Shown here piece after piece: positions 39,799 through 49,638 of a stretch of 64,000 nt of DNA. This DNA comes from an uncultured delta proteobacterium (lineage in GTDB: Bacteria; Desulfobacterota; SM23-61), in NCBI GenBank assembly GCA_963712535.1, contig CAVQIK010000019.1, forward strand, positions 44,791 through 108,790, in the 5' to 3' direction. Within the stretch, counting starts at the first letter, position 1. Each line of letters begins with the position of its first letter. The notes under the pieces are model-generated. The model was not told the DNA's origin and ran no database searches. It worked only from the letters and a program-made list of their open reading frames with translations. The position numbers and the translations under genes were made by a program.

Positions 39799-40565
39799 AA
39801 CGCCTTCTGGACCGAAATGCCCTGGTAACCGGCGCGGGCCAGGGCATGGGCTTGGCCATTGCCTACGCCCTCTACCGGGAGGGAGCCCGGGTGCTCCTTG
39901 TCGACATTAACGAAAAGTCCGTCCTCGCTGCGGCGGAGGAGATAGACCCCACCAGGGCGCGGGCCGTGGGAAGAAAAGCAGATGTGACGAGGCCGGAGGA
40001 AGTGCAGGCAAGCCTCAGGGAGATGAAGAGCCGCTGGAAGACCGTGGACATCCTGGTGAACAATGCTGGGGGCGCCCTCCAGACGCCTCATCGGCTCGAG
40101 AAGATCGAGGAGAAAGATTGGAACCTGGTCCTTGACGTCAACCTGAAAGGCACGTTCCTCTGCTGCCAGGCGGCGATCCCGGAGATGGCCAGGCAGGGGA
40201 GGGGAGTGATCGTGAACATGTCGGCCCTGGCGGGGCATTGGAGGGCTTCGCTGGCCGGCGTTCAGTACGTCGCCGCCAAGGCGGGCGTCGAAGGGTTGAC
40301 CCGGCAGCTGGCCTATGACTGGGGAAAATCGGGAGTCCGGGTCAATGCCATCGCCCCCACGGTAACTTTGACGGGCGAGCGGATTCAAGGCCTCTGGGAG
40401 GCGAAGAGCGATGAAGAGAAAAGGAAGGTCCTCTCCGCGATCCCTCTTGGCCGGTTGGGAACCCCGGAGGAAGTTGCCTCCGTCGTCGTTTTTCTGGCGT
40501 CGGACGAATCGAGCTTCATCACCGGGGTTACCATCGATGTGAACGGGGGCCGGTATCTTCGGTAG
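39795..40565 (+). CDS. Short-chain dehydrogenase/reductase (SDR), FabG-like
   Basis: TGAGQGMGLAIA (TGxxxGxG), NNAG and YVAAK (YxxxK). The TTG start overlaps the upstream stop codon. Confidence 0.85.
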   Translation: MKRLLDRNALVTGAGQGMGLAIAYALYREGARVLLVDINEKSVLAAAEEIDPTRARAVGRKADVTRPEEVQASLREMKSRWKTVDILVNNAGGALQTPHRLEKIEEKDWNLVLDVNLKGTFLCCQAAIPEMARQGRGVIVNMSALAGHWRASLAGVQYVAAKAGVEGLTRQLAYDWGKSGVRVNAIAPTVTLTGERIQGLWEAKSDEEKRKVLSAIPLGRLGTPEEVASVVVFLASDESSFITGVTIDVNGGRYLR

Positions 40566-40620
40566 GCGATTAATGCCTCATTAAAAAATATGTTGTAGGA
40601 AGAATACTTTATCCGAGGCC

Positions 40621-40680
40621 GTAGGGGCACGATGCATCGTGCCCTTACAATTGCCGGGCTGACCCGAGGGCCGCCCCTAC
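40621..40680. repeat. GTAGGGGC-type hairpin repeat (family E, copy 2)
   Basis: GTAGGGGCACGATGCATCGTGCCCTTAC...GCCGCCCCTAC, 56 nt after the SDR stop codon. Confidence 0.65.
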
Positions 40681-40932
40681 AAAACCTTGTTGGTTCGCGC
40701 TAGTCCGGGTTGAGGTTTTTGGGTCTAATTCCCTTGACCTGAAATCGCCCGACCAGTATACTCACGCTGCCAGAAAGACGAGTGATTCTCACGCAGATGG
40801 GGCAGGGTGAACGGTGTGCCTGATATCCCGCTATTCGACAAGGAAATGGTGGAACAGTACAGCCGTCGAGGAAGAAATTCAAGCCGTCCGTGGAGGACCG
40901 AAACCATCATATCCCAAAAGGAGGAGGTGCCC

Positions 40933-42177
40933 ATGAAGAAATCTCTGGTCCTATTTTTCATCCTCGTACTCTGCGGTCTTTTGAGTTCCGGCAAGATCCT
41001 GGCGGCCGAGCCCGATAAGATCAAGGTCGGGATCCTGCTTCCCCTCACCGGCACGTTTGCGGCGGTGGCTGAAACCCAGCGGGATGGGGCGCTGCTGGCG
41101 GTGGATGTGATCAACAGGAAAGGCGGGCTGGCCATGCCATGGGGAAAAGTGAAGGTGGAAGGCGTGGTCGCCGACGATGAGGCCAAGCTGGACGTGGGTG
41201 TCCGCCGCTACCGCTACATGGTCTCCGAAGGGGTGAAAGGCGTGGGGGGCCAGACCTGGGCTCCGCTGGCCTTTGCCATCAATGCCCTGGTTCAAAAAGA
41301 TCCCATGCCGTATTTTCCCGTTTGCGTCATGGCCAAAGAAGGGTTCCTGAAGGGCAAGCTGGCCGACTCCACCTTTGCCGCGGCCTACAGCCCCTGGACG
41401 GTAGGATACATGGACGGCTCTGCGGCGATCAAGGCCCTTGGCAAGAAGAAGATTTACTTCCTGGCCCGTGCCGACAGCTGGGGCTGGGACATCCGGGACG
41501 GGGTGAAGGCTGCCGCGCAGGAGATGGGCGGCGAGGTGATCGGGTATGACGAGGTGTCCCTGGGGACCAGCGACTACACAACCATCCTGCAGAAAGTCCG
41601 GGCGGCCAAGCCGGATGTCTTCATCGCGTCGCAGTTTGCCGGGGATGCCGTGGCCCTTTTGAAACAGGTCCATCAGATGGGGCTGAACAAGGAAACGACC
41701 ATATTCAACTCTTTCATCACCAACGTGGTGGCAAAAGGAATTCCCCCCCAGGCCCTTCAGGGGGTCTACTCCATACATTATTTCTACTACGACCTGGCCG
41801 GCTTCCAAGACCCGGAGGTCGCAAAAAGCGCCGCGGAGTTCACCGAACTGTATCGGGCCAAGTACAAGGCGCCCCCCGACTCTTATGCCACGATCGCCTA
41901 CACCGCCTACATGGAAATGTTCCGGGGCTTCGAGGCCTCCGGGTCCCTCGACCCGAAGAAGGTCTCTGCCGCCCTGCTGGCCAACAAAGGCCAATTCACC
42001 TCGGTGAAGGGGCCTGCCATGTGGCGCCAAGACCACGCGGCGGTTTACAAGTACGCCGGCTTCCTGGTCCAGGGAAAAGGTCCGGGCGAGCAGAAAAACG
42101 AATGGGACCTCTTCAAGGTGGTGGGATACCAGGGCGGCGACTCAGTCATGCCGACCCTGAAGTCCCTGGGATACTAA
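40933..42177 (+). CDS. ABC transporter substrate-binding protein (LIV-binding family), set 3
   Basis: ATG 40933 follows AAGGAGGAGG. Signal peptide MKKSLVLFFILVLCGLLSSGKILA, then IKVGILLPLTG. Confidence 0.85.
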   Translation: MKKSLVLFFILVLCGLLSSGKILAAEPDKIKVGILLPLTGTFAAVAETQRDGALLAVDVINRKGGLAMPWGKVKVEGVVADDEAKLDVGVRRYRYMVSEGVKGVGGQTWAPLAFAINALVQKDPMPYFPVCVMAKEGFLKGKLADSTFAAAYSPWTVGYMDGSAAIKALGKKKIYFLARADSWGWDIRDGVKAAAQEMGGEVIGYDEVSLGTSDYTTILQKVRAAKPDVFIASQFAGDAVALLKQVHQMGLNKETTIFNSFITNVVAKGIPPQALQGVYSIHYFYYDLAGFQDPEVAKSAAEFTELYRAKYKAPPDSYATIAYTAYMEMFRGFEASGSLDPKKVSAALLANKGQFTSVKGPAMWRQDHAAVYKYAGFLVQGKGPGEQKNEWDLFKVVGYQGGDSVMPTLKSLGY

Positions 42178-42236
42178 AGCACCCGCCCCGGTGGGGGCGT
42201 CTCCTTTCACCGGGGCCGAACCAGGAAGGGCGGCCC

Positions 42237-43043
42237 GTGACTACGGATTCAGCCGCAGAAATCATCAGGACCGAAAACGTCACCAAACGCTTTGGCGAAC
42301 TCGTCGCGGTTGACCGGGTGAACTATTCCCTGCGGCAGAACGAAGTCGCTGGAATTATCGGCTCCAACGGCGCCGGGAAGACGACCTTCTTCAACCTTCT
42401 CACCGGTTACTACCCGCCCGACGAAGGGATTATCCTGTATGCCGGGGAAGACGTGACCCGCGTCCCGCCGCAAAAACGGGTAGCCCTGGGCATGATGCGG
42501 ACTTTTCAACTGACCTCCACTTTCGACAATCTGAAAGTGATCGACAACCTGGTCCTCTCCTTTTTCCGCGCCCATAAACGATCGGACTGGTTTTCCCTCT
42601 TCCGAACCACCTGCAAGCGGTACCGCAAAGAAGAGAAAATCGGCGAATGCCTGGAAACGTTCGAGCTCCAGGACGTGTCGGACAGGCAGGTGAGGCATCT
42701 CAGCCTGGGGGAGAAGAGGCGCCTGGAGATTGCCATGGCCATCCTGGCGGAGCCCAGGGTCTTGCTGCTGGATGAGCCCCTGGCGGGGCTGGGCGAGTCC
42801 GAGATCAAGAAAGTCCTGGGGGTCCTGAAGAGGCACGCGGGCAAACAGACGATCCTGATCGTGGAACACAAGATTTCCCAGGTGGAAGATTTCCTGGCGA
42901 GGCTCACCGTCATGCATGAGGGCAAGATCATCGCCGACGGCGGATACGAAGAATGCCTCCGGGACCCGGAGGTGCGCAGAAGCTACTGGCAGATCGACGC
43001 CTCGGCTGACGGCGCCGATCCCCTGCGGGGTTCAGGACGATGA
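42237..43043 (+). CDS. ABC transporter ATP-binding protein (LivG family), set 3
   Basis: GTG 42237 gives VTTDSAAEIIRTENVTKRFG. Walker A GSNGAGKTT and LLLLDEP. The track ORF starts upstream at 42021, inside the substrate-binding protein gene. Confidence 0.85.
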   Translation: MTTDSAAEIIRTENVTKRFGELVAVDRVNYSLRQNEVAGIIGSNGAGKTTFFNLLTGYYPPDEGIILYAGEDVTRVPPQKRVALGMMRTFQLTSTFDNLKVIDNLVLSFFRAHKRSDWFSLFRTTCKRYRKEEKIGECLETFELQDVSDRQVRHLSLGEKRRLEIAMAILAEPRVLLLDEPLAGLGESEIKKVLGVLKRHAGKQTILIVEHKISQVEDFLARLTVMHEGKIIADGGYEECLRDPEVRRSYWQIDASADGADPLRGSGR

Positions 43044-43732
43044 ACGCGGGCGAAATACTGGCGGTCAAAGGCCTGAATGTCTCTTACGGGGAATCCAAGG
43101 TCCTGTTCGACGCCGACCTGCGGGCGAAACCAGGCCAAGTGGTGACTTGCGTGGGGCGGAACGGGGCCGGGAAAACCACTCTCCTTAAGAGCATCGCGGG
43201 ATTCCTGAAGCCGACCTCGGGATCGATCACCTTCAACGGCACCGACCTGATCGGCCTCAGGTCCTATGACATCGCCCGGATGGGGCTCAAATACATCCCC
43301 CAGGACAAGAAAGTGTTTTCGGATTTGACCGTCCGGGAAAATCTGGAGCTGGGCAGCTACGCCACCAAGGATTACAACTGGGATCAGGTGACCGACTATT
43401 TCCCCAAGCTGAAAAGCCTCATGGACCGCAAGGGAGGATACCTGAGCGGGGGGGAACGCCAGATGTTGATGATCGGAAGGGCCGTCCTGGGCAGCCCGAA
43501 AGTGCTGCTGATCGATGAGCCCACCGAGGGGCTGGCTCCCAGCATCGTCGCCCACCTGAAAAATGTCTTCAAGGAGCTGAGCAAGAAGGCGGCGCTGGTA
43601 ATCGTGGAGCAAAATCTTCCCCTGGTGTGCGCCATATCCGATAAGATCTACGCTTTGAAAGAGGGGCGGATCGTCGCCGAACTTACCGGAGAGGAATCGA
43701 TTAGAGCCAACGTATGTGAACAGTACCTTTAG
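43040..43732 (+). CDS. ABC transporter ATP-binding protein (LivF family), set 3
   Basis: 230 aa. Walker A GRNGAGKTT, signature LSGGERQML. ATGA overlap with the upstream gene. Confidence 0.85.
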   Translation: MNAGEILAVKGLNVSYGESKVLFDADLRAKPGQVVTCVGRNGAGKTTLLKSIAGFLKPTSGSITFNGTDLIGLRSYDIARMGLKYIPQDKKVFSDLTVRENLELGSYATKDYNWDQVTDYFPKLKSLMDRKGGYLSGGERQMLMIGRAVLGSPKVLLIDEPTEGLAPSIVAHLKNVFKELSKKAALVIVEQNLPLVCAISDKIYALKEGRIVAELTGEESIRANVCEQYL

Positions 43733-43759
43733 GTCGTATCCGGAAATCGCTCTCCCCTT

Positions 43760-43891
43760 GGAGGCTGTGTCGTAATTCCGTTCATGGTTCGACAAGCTCA
43801 CCACGAACGGAAAGGCAACGTTAGAAATCAACCACATGCCGTTCGCCCTGAGCTTGTCGAAGGACCAGCGACAAATTCCGATAAAGCCTCC
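43760..43891. repeat. Foldback repeat (family C, copy 2)
   Basis: GGAGGCTGTGTCGTAATTCCGTTCATGGTTCGACAAGCTCACCACGAACGG...GCCGTTCGCCCTGAGCTTGTCGAAGG...AGCCTCC. It overlaps the 5' end of the track ORF at 43836. Confidence 0.7.
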
Positions 43892-43925
43892 GCATAGAGA
43901 TGGTGATTTCGGAAAGGGAAGCATC

Positions 43926-44912
43926 GTGGCGAATGCATTCAGATGGTGGCGGGGCATCCTGCTGGCCTTTTTCCTCCTGGCCCTGTTGAGGGTGTTCTTG
44001 CCCCTCCCCTTCGCGAACGAGATTATCATTTTTTCCATCTATACCATGGGCTGCAACTTCCTCCTGGGCCGGGTGGGCTTTATCTCTTTCGGCCAGCCGG
44101 CTTATCTCGCCGTAGGCGCCTACGGCACCGCTTTTTACCTTTATTACTTCGGGCAAAACCCCTACCTCGGCATCCTTGTCGGGCTCCTTGCCGGGGTGGC
44201 CGTGTCCGCGCTGGTCGGCCCCTTCTTCGTCCGCCTGCGCAGCGACTATTTTGCCCTGGTGAACCTGGCCCTGGCGGTGATCGTTTTTTACCTCATGGAA
44301 AAAATCCTGGCGGACATCACCCACGGCGATAACGGCCTCTGGTTTCTGACCCGGATGTCCTCCACCCCGGTGCTGGACCTCACCCGCCCGAACCATTTTT
44401 TTATCTTCGCTTTTCTTGTGGCCTTCGCGCTCTGGGCCTTTTACAAATACCTGGACGATTCCGTTTACGGGGCCTGCTGCCTGGCGACGAAGATCAACGA
44501 AGACAAGCTGAAATTCCTCGGGTACAACAACTTCAAAATCCGGTGGCTGGCCTTTATCATCGCCAACACGACCACCGCTCTGGCTGGGGCCCTTTACGCC
44601 GTGTACCTGGGCTTCGTGAGCCCGGAGATCACCAGCCCCGCGCGAGCCGCCGACCCGGTGGTGGTCACCATCCTGGGAGGGGTCGGCACCCTCTACGGGC
44701 CCATCGTCGGGGCGATCGCCTACACGGGCATGAAAGACTTGATCAGCGGATGGATCGCCAACTGGGAACTTTTTATCGGCTTGCTTTTGGTATTCATCAT
44801 GCTCGCCGGGGAAAAGGGAATCTGGGGGACCCTGGAGCCCATTCTGGGGAGAGCCTTCTCCGTGAAGAAAGCCTCGCCCGGTTTGCGAGGCAGCGGGGAA
44901 CAAATCAAATGA
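43926..44912 (+). CDS. ABC transporter permease (LivM family), set 3
   Basis: LivM blocks are present (MGCNFLLGRVGFISFGQPAYLAVGAYG). The start is uncertain. I chose GTG 43926 because the track start at 43836 lies within the family C repeat. Confidence 0.75.
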   Translation: MANAFRWWRGILLAFFLLALLRVFLPLPFANEIIIFSIYTMGCNFLLGRVGFISFGQPAYLAVGAYGTAFYLYYFGQNPYLGILVGLLAGVAVSALVGPFFVRLRSDYFALVNLALAVIVFYLMEKILADITHGDNGLWFLTRMSSTPVLDLTRPNHFFIFAFLVAFALWAFYKYLDDSVYGACCLATKINEDKLKFLGYNNFKIRWLAFIIANTTTALAGALYAVYLGFVSPEITSPARAADPVVVTILGGVGTLYGPIVGAIAYTGMKDLISGWIANWELFIGLLLVFIMLAGEKGIWGTLEPILGRAFSVKKASPGLRGSGEQIK

Positions 44913-45781
44913 TGGACACGCACCTCTTCATCTCCGGAGTCATCTTCGGGCTGAGCATCGGCAGCATCTATTTCCTGCTGGCGATCGGCCTTTCACTCTG
45001 CTTCGGCTTGATGCGCATCATCAGCCTCGATCAATTGCTGTATTACTCGATCGGGGCCTTCGTCAGCTATTCCCTTTATATCGCCACGGGAAACACATGG
45101 ATCGGCGTCTTCGGCGGGATGGCGGCCGCGGGCCTGATCAGTTTCGGCGTGGAGCGATTCGTTTATTTGCGCATTTACGAGCGGGACATCACCTTCACCA
45201 TGATCGCTTCCTTCGGGATCCTGATCGCCGGCGTGGGCGCCATTAAATACATCTGGGGCCTGGTCCCCCGCCCGGCCCCCATTCCGATCGAAATGCAGGT
45301 CAGAATTTTGGGGACGGAAATCCCCGTCTACCGCCTGCTGGTCATCGGTATCTCTCTCCTGGTTTATGTGGGCATCTGGCTCTTTCTCAACCGGACCATC
45401 ACCGGCAAGGCTATCCGGGCCGGCATCGAGGACGTGGAACATGTGGAAGGGCTCGGCATTAACGTATACCAACTCTTCACCGTCACCTTCATCATCGCCG
45501 GAATCCTTTCCGGGTTGGGAGGGGCGCTGCACGCGCCGCTGATCATGGTGGACCCGCAAATGGGCCTCCATCTGCTGGCCTTCGTATTCATGGTGGTCAT
45601 CATCGGGGGGCTCGGAAGCATTAAAGGAACCCTCGTTTCCGCCTTCATCGTCGGGCAGGTCACCTCCCTGGGCTCCCTCGTTTACGCCCCGCTCGCGCAA
45701 ATGGCGCCCTTTGCCATCATGCTTCTCATTCTCCTCATCAATCCGACGGGTCTATACGGCAGCAAACTTCTGAAACGTTAG
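44909..45781 (+). CDS. ABC transporter permease (LivH family), set 3
   Basis: ATG 44909 (ATGA overlap with the livM-like stop) gives MMDTHLFISGVIFGLSIGSIYFLLAIGLSL. The track ORF at 44543 is an out-of-gene extension. Confidence 0.85.
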   Translation: MMDTHLFISGVIFGLSIGSIYFLLAIGLSLCFGLMRIISLDQLLYYSIGAFVSYSLYIATGNTWIGVFGGMAAAGLISFGVERFVYLRIYERDITFTMIASFGILIAGVGAIKYIWGLVPRPAPIPIEMQVRILGTEIPVYRLLVIGISLLVYVGIWLFLNRTITGKAIRAGIEDVEHVEGLGINVYQLFTVTFIIAGILSGLGGALHAPLIMVDPQMGLHLLAFVFMVVIIGGLGSIKGTLVSAFIVGQVTSLGSLVYAPLAQMAPFAIMLLILLINPTGLYGSKLLKR

Positions 45782-46011
45782 ATTCGTGAAATCAACGGCC
45801 GAGGGCCGGCGCCACGCCACGGCTTGCGGGGACCGGCTCGGCTGGGCTCATGGCAGGAAAATGGTTTCTGCCCGGACATCCCAGCGCTTACTAAAGGGTC
45901 CATAATTGAACAGACAACCGTGTTCCGACGATCGCATGTCATTGAGTGTCCGATCAATTATGGCTTGATCAGTAGCTCCGCCCCCCTATATACCGTCCTG
46001 AGGGAAGCATA

Positions 46012-46040
46012 TTTGGCATTTTTTAAGTGAGTGCTTATAT
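46012..46040 (+). promoter_or_regulatory. Candidate sigma70-type promoter
   Basis: TTGGCA (46012-46017), 17-nt spacer, TATATT (46035-46040), 32 nt upstream of the ATG at 46073. Confidence 0.35.
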
Positions 46041-46072
46041 TTGGTAAACATTTTGAATGGGGAGGCGAAGGC

Positions 46073-46327
46073 ATGGAGCAAAAAACAGGGATCGCGGCGA
46101 TCCTTTCAATCATAGCTGCAATAGGAAGTTTCTTTCTGACTTTCTCCGGACATTCATTTTTCGGGTTTCTGGTGGCCATAGCATCGGTGGTCCTGGGGTT
46201 CATCGGGCTGCTTTTGGCCGCCTCTCCGAGGGTGAGCGGCGGGATCATCAGCATCGTCGCGATCATCATCGGAGCCCTTGGTTTCGTGATCGCCATATTG
46301 GGGATGGTCGGAGCTATTCTATTTTAA
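46073..46327 (+). CDS. Small Gly/Ile-rich integral membrane protein, function unknown
   Basis: 84 aa from ATG 46073 (GGAGGCGAAGGC upstream). About three hydrophobic helices. No family recognised. Confidence 0.45.
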   Translation: MEQKTGIAAILSIIAAIGSFFLTFSGHSFFGFLVAIASVVLGFIGLLLAASPRVSGGIISIVAIIIGALGFVIAILGMVGAILF

Positions 46328-46572
46328 TCCGGCCCGGATTTCGAAAGGGTGGCCGAAAGGGGCGGCCCTACATTTTTCATCCCCAAACTCCCATCCCGCG
46401 TTCGTAGGACTCCGGACTCCTGAGGTACGTTCCGGAAAAATTTCCTGCCTTTCCTTGTACCTTCCATTTTTATGGGGTTGTCATTTCTCCGCAAAAATGT
46501 TATCAAAAATATATAATTCTGCGAAAATTCCTTTGCGGGATCAGCGGAAGCGGATCCCGGGGAGGCGTGGCG

Positions 46573-46986
46573 TTGAAAAAGATCTTAGTTCCTGTTCTAT
46601 TTGCTTCTCTTATTTTTTTGATGGGAATGGGGGACCTAGGGGGCTCAGCCCCGGCCGGTAAAGTTCCGGCTCCGGAGAAGAATTTTAAAGTTCGAATCGT
46701 TGACCGGGAGGGCGTCCAAACCTCTCTTTCCCTATTCAGCCAGGAGGGAAAGGTCTTCCTCGCGGGGAAGCGCGGCGACGCCGTGGTGACCATCCCTTTC
46801 GAGAATGTTACCCAGGTTCAATTTGAACCGCTGGAAGGCAGCGATGTCCGGGCAAGGGTTTCCATCAAGGGCGCCGAAGGCGTGGAAATCCGGCTGGAAA
46901 AAAGGGCCAAGCTTTACGGCAAGGCGGATTTCGGGACTTTTCAGATCGAAGCCAAGGATGTGAAATCAGTCACCTTCCTCCCCTGA
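46573..46986 (+). CDS. Secreted or lipoprotein-like hypothetical protein
   Basis: TTG 46573 follows GGGGAGG. N-terminal signal-like MKKILVPVLFASLIFLMGMG, followed by a beta-rich sequence. No family recognised. Confidence 0.45.
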   Translation: MKKILVPVLFASLIFLMGMGDLGGSAPAGKVPAPEKNFKVRIVDREGVQTSLSLFSQEGKVFLAGKRGDAVVTIPFENVTQVQFEPLEGSDVRARVSIKGAEGVEIRLEKRAKLYGKADFGTFQIEAKDVKSVTFLP

Positions 46987-47011
46987 CCTGCTCGGCCCCA
47001 CAACCCGCAAA

Positions 47012-47097
47012 TCTCAGACTTAAGACCTCAGACTTCAGACTGAGCGAAACGGGAGATTATAAATGTCTACGGTCTGATATCTGAAGTCTAAGTTCTA
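47012..47097. repeat. Clustered CAGAC(T) direct and inverted repeats
   Basis: CAGACT at 47015, 47029 and 47036. Inverted GTCT(G/A) copies at 47064-47090. The two halves form an imperfect inverted repeat of about 20 bp around a TTATAAAT-containing spacer, just upstream of the TPR/ior genes. Confidence 0.5.
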
Positions 47098-47117
47098 TTC
47101 CACAAGGAGGGCTACGG

Positions 47118-47816
47118 ATGCCCGTTAAGAAAGTTTCAAGGAAAAAACTGCTGAAGGAACCCGACGAATTCATCTCCACTACGGCACGGACGATCCAGTT
47201 CTTTCGGGACCATGAACGCCAGATCACCCGCGCTGCGGTTGCGGTTCTGGTCGTTATTGCGATTGGAGCCGCCGCAATTTATTACCTGCGGTCGAAGGAA
47301 GATCGGGCGCTGAGCGCCCAGAGCCAGGGTCTGCAGATCTACCAGGAAGCTAACCGGGCCATCCTGGAAAACCCTGCGGCGGACAAGAAAGAGGATTTTA
47401 AAAAGGCGACGGATAAATTCCGGGAAGCGCTCTCCTTGTACAGGTGGGGAGGAACCGCCCAATTTTCGGAACTGTACATCGGCAACTGCCATTTCGCATT
47501 GAAGGAATACGACCAGGCCCTGGCTGCCTACTCCCGCTGCCTGGAAGGGCCGTTCCGGCCCTTCGCTTTGAACGGGCTGGCCTACGCCTTCGAAGCGAAA
47601 GGGGATTTCGGCAAGGCCCTGGAGAACTATCAGAAGAGCAGCGAAGATAAGGGGAACCCGTTTCAGCTGGAGGGCATGGTCGGGTCCGCTCGCTGTTACG
47701 AAAATCTCAAGCAGAAGCCCAAGGCCCTGGAAATGTACCAGAAGGCCCTGGCCCAGTTCCCGAAGTCTCCCATGGCCGAATTCCTCCAGTGGAAAGTAAA
47801 CGAGCTCAAAGGATAG
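47118..47816 (+). CDS. Membrane-anchored tetratricopeptide repeat (TPR) protein
   Basis: 232 aa with one N-terminal TM helix ([19 protein letters not shown]) followed by TPR-like repeats ([11 protein letters not shown]..., ALENYQKS..., ALEMYQKAL). Confidence 0.6.
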   Translation: MPVKKVSRKKLLKEPDEFISTTARTIQFFRDHERQITRAAVAVLVVIAIGAAAIYYLRSKEDRALSAQSQGLQIYQEANRAILENPAADKKEDFKKATDKFREALSLYRWGGTAQFSELYIGNCHFALKEYDQALAAYSRCLEGPFRPFALNGLAYAFEAKGDFGKALENYQKSSEDKGNPFQLEGMVGSARCYENLKQKPKALEMYQKALAQFPKSPMAEFLQWKVNELKG

Positions 47817-47820
47817 AGGA

Positions 47821-49614
47821 ATGAGTGAGAAACGAACCCTGCTCTCCGGAAACGAAGCCATCGCCCGGGGAGCCTTCGAAAGCGGCGTAAAGGTCGCGGC
47901 GGCCTATCCGGGGACCCCCAGCACGGAGATCCTGGAAAGTTTGGGAAGTTATCCGGGGCTTCACGTGGAATGGTCGCCGAACGAGAAGGTCGCGCTCGAA
48001 ACCGCCATGGGCGCGGCGTTCGGCGGGGCGCGCGCTTTGGCGGTCATGAAGCATGTGGGCGTCAACGTGGCCGCCGACCCTCTCTTTACCCTCTCTTACA
48101 CCGGAGTGCAGGGGCGGGCTGGTGCTGGTTACGGCGGACGACCCGGAGATGCACAGCTCGCAAAACGAGCAGGACAACCGCCATTACGCCAGGGCGGCCA
48201 AAGTCCCCATGCTCGAGCCCAGCGACAGCCAGGAGGGAAAGGATTTTACCCGCCTGGCGTTCGAGCTTAGCGAGAAGTTCGACACCCCCGTCATGCTCCG
48301 CACAACGACAAGAGTCTCGCATTCCAAATCCGCCGTCCGCCTGGATGAGCCCTCCTCTCCCGCCGCTCCGCCCAAGCTCGTCAAAGACCCGGTGAAATAC
48401 GTCATGCTCCCGGGAATGCCCGCAAACGCCACCCGGTGGTGGAAAAGCGGATGAAAGACCTGGAGCTCTTTGCCGACTCCTTCCCCGGGAACCGGGTCGA
48501 GTGGGGGGAGAAGAAGGTGGGGATCATCACCAGCGGCATTTCCTACCAGTATGCCAAAGAGGTGATGCCCGAAGCCTCATTCCTGAAGCTTGGAATGGTT
48601 TACCCCTTGCCCAAGGAGATGATCCGGTCTTTTGCTTCCGGGGTGGAAAAACTCTTTGTCGTGGAGGAGCTGGACCCTTTCATCGAGGAGCAGGTCCGCG
48701 CCATGGGAGTCGATGTGGCCGGAAAATCGGCTTTCCCGCTTTGCGGGGAACTGAACCCGCTTCTCGTGGCCCAAGGCCTGAAAGACCTTCCCGCAGCTCC
48801 CCAAGATCAGGCATCCCGCAGCTTGCCGGCGCGGCCCCCCGTGATGTGCCCCGGTTGCCCTCACCGGGGAGTGTTCTCGGTCTTAAGCAAGCTCAAGCTT
48901 TTTGTCACCGGGGATATCGGCTGCTACACGCTGGGATTCCTCCCGCCCCTTAGCGCGATCGACACCTGCGTGTGCATGGGGGCTTCCATCGGACACGCCC
49001 TCGGTTTGGACAAAGCCCTTGGACCGGAAGCCCTGGGGAAAGTGGTGGCGGTGATCGGCGACTCTACCTTCCTCCACTCCGGGATCACCGGACTATTGAA
49101 TGTGGTTTACAACCGGGGCGCCGTGACCGTCATCATCCTCGACAACCACACGACGGCGATGACCGGCCGGCAGGATCACCCGGGGACCGGATTCACCCTC
49201 GGGGGGGAGGAGACTGTCCAGGTGGACCTGATGAAGCTCGCCAGGTCGCTGGGAGTTAAGAATGTCAAGCAGGTGAATCCGTATGATCTTTCTGCCACGG
49301 AACGGGTCATCAAGCGGGAAGTGAGCCGGCCCGAGCCCTCGGTCATCATTTCTCGGGCGCCGTGCGTCCTGTCGCGCAGGGAAAAGGCGGTGAGCGGGGA
49401 AGCGCTCTTCGTCAGTCCCGACGCTTGCGCCGGGTGCCGCTCGTGCCTGCGGCTCGGATGCCCGGCCATCGCCTGGGTGAAGGAAGAAGGGGTGAACGCG
49501 GAGGGGAAGAAGAGAAAGGGGAGGGCGGCCATCGAGACGTCCCTGTGCACCGGCTGCACCCTCTGCGCACAGGTCTGCAAGTTCGAGGCGATAAAGGGGG
49601 CCGCGACAGTTTAG
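47821..49614 (+). pseudogene. iorA: Indolepyruvate:ferredoxin oxidoreductase alpha subunit, with two compensating frame changes
   Basis: Fragments 47821..48270, 48053..48454 and 48436..49614. Conserved string [26 protein letters not shown]...LPGNARKRHPVVEKRMKDLE. Shifts at GGGG 48111-48114 and GGGAA 48412-48416. C-terminal ferredoxin-type motifs CAGCRSCLRLGCP and CTGCTLCAQVC. Confidence 0.85.
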
Positions 49615-49638
49615 CCCTTTGAAGCAAGGGCCAAACTT

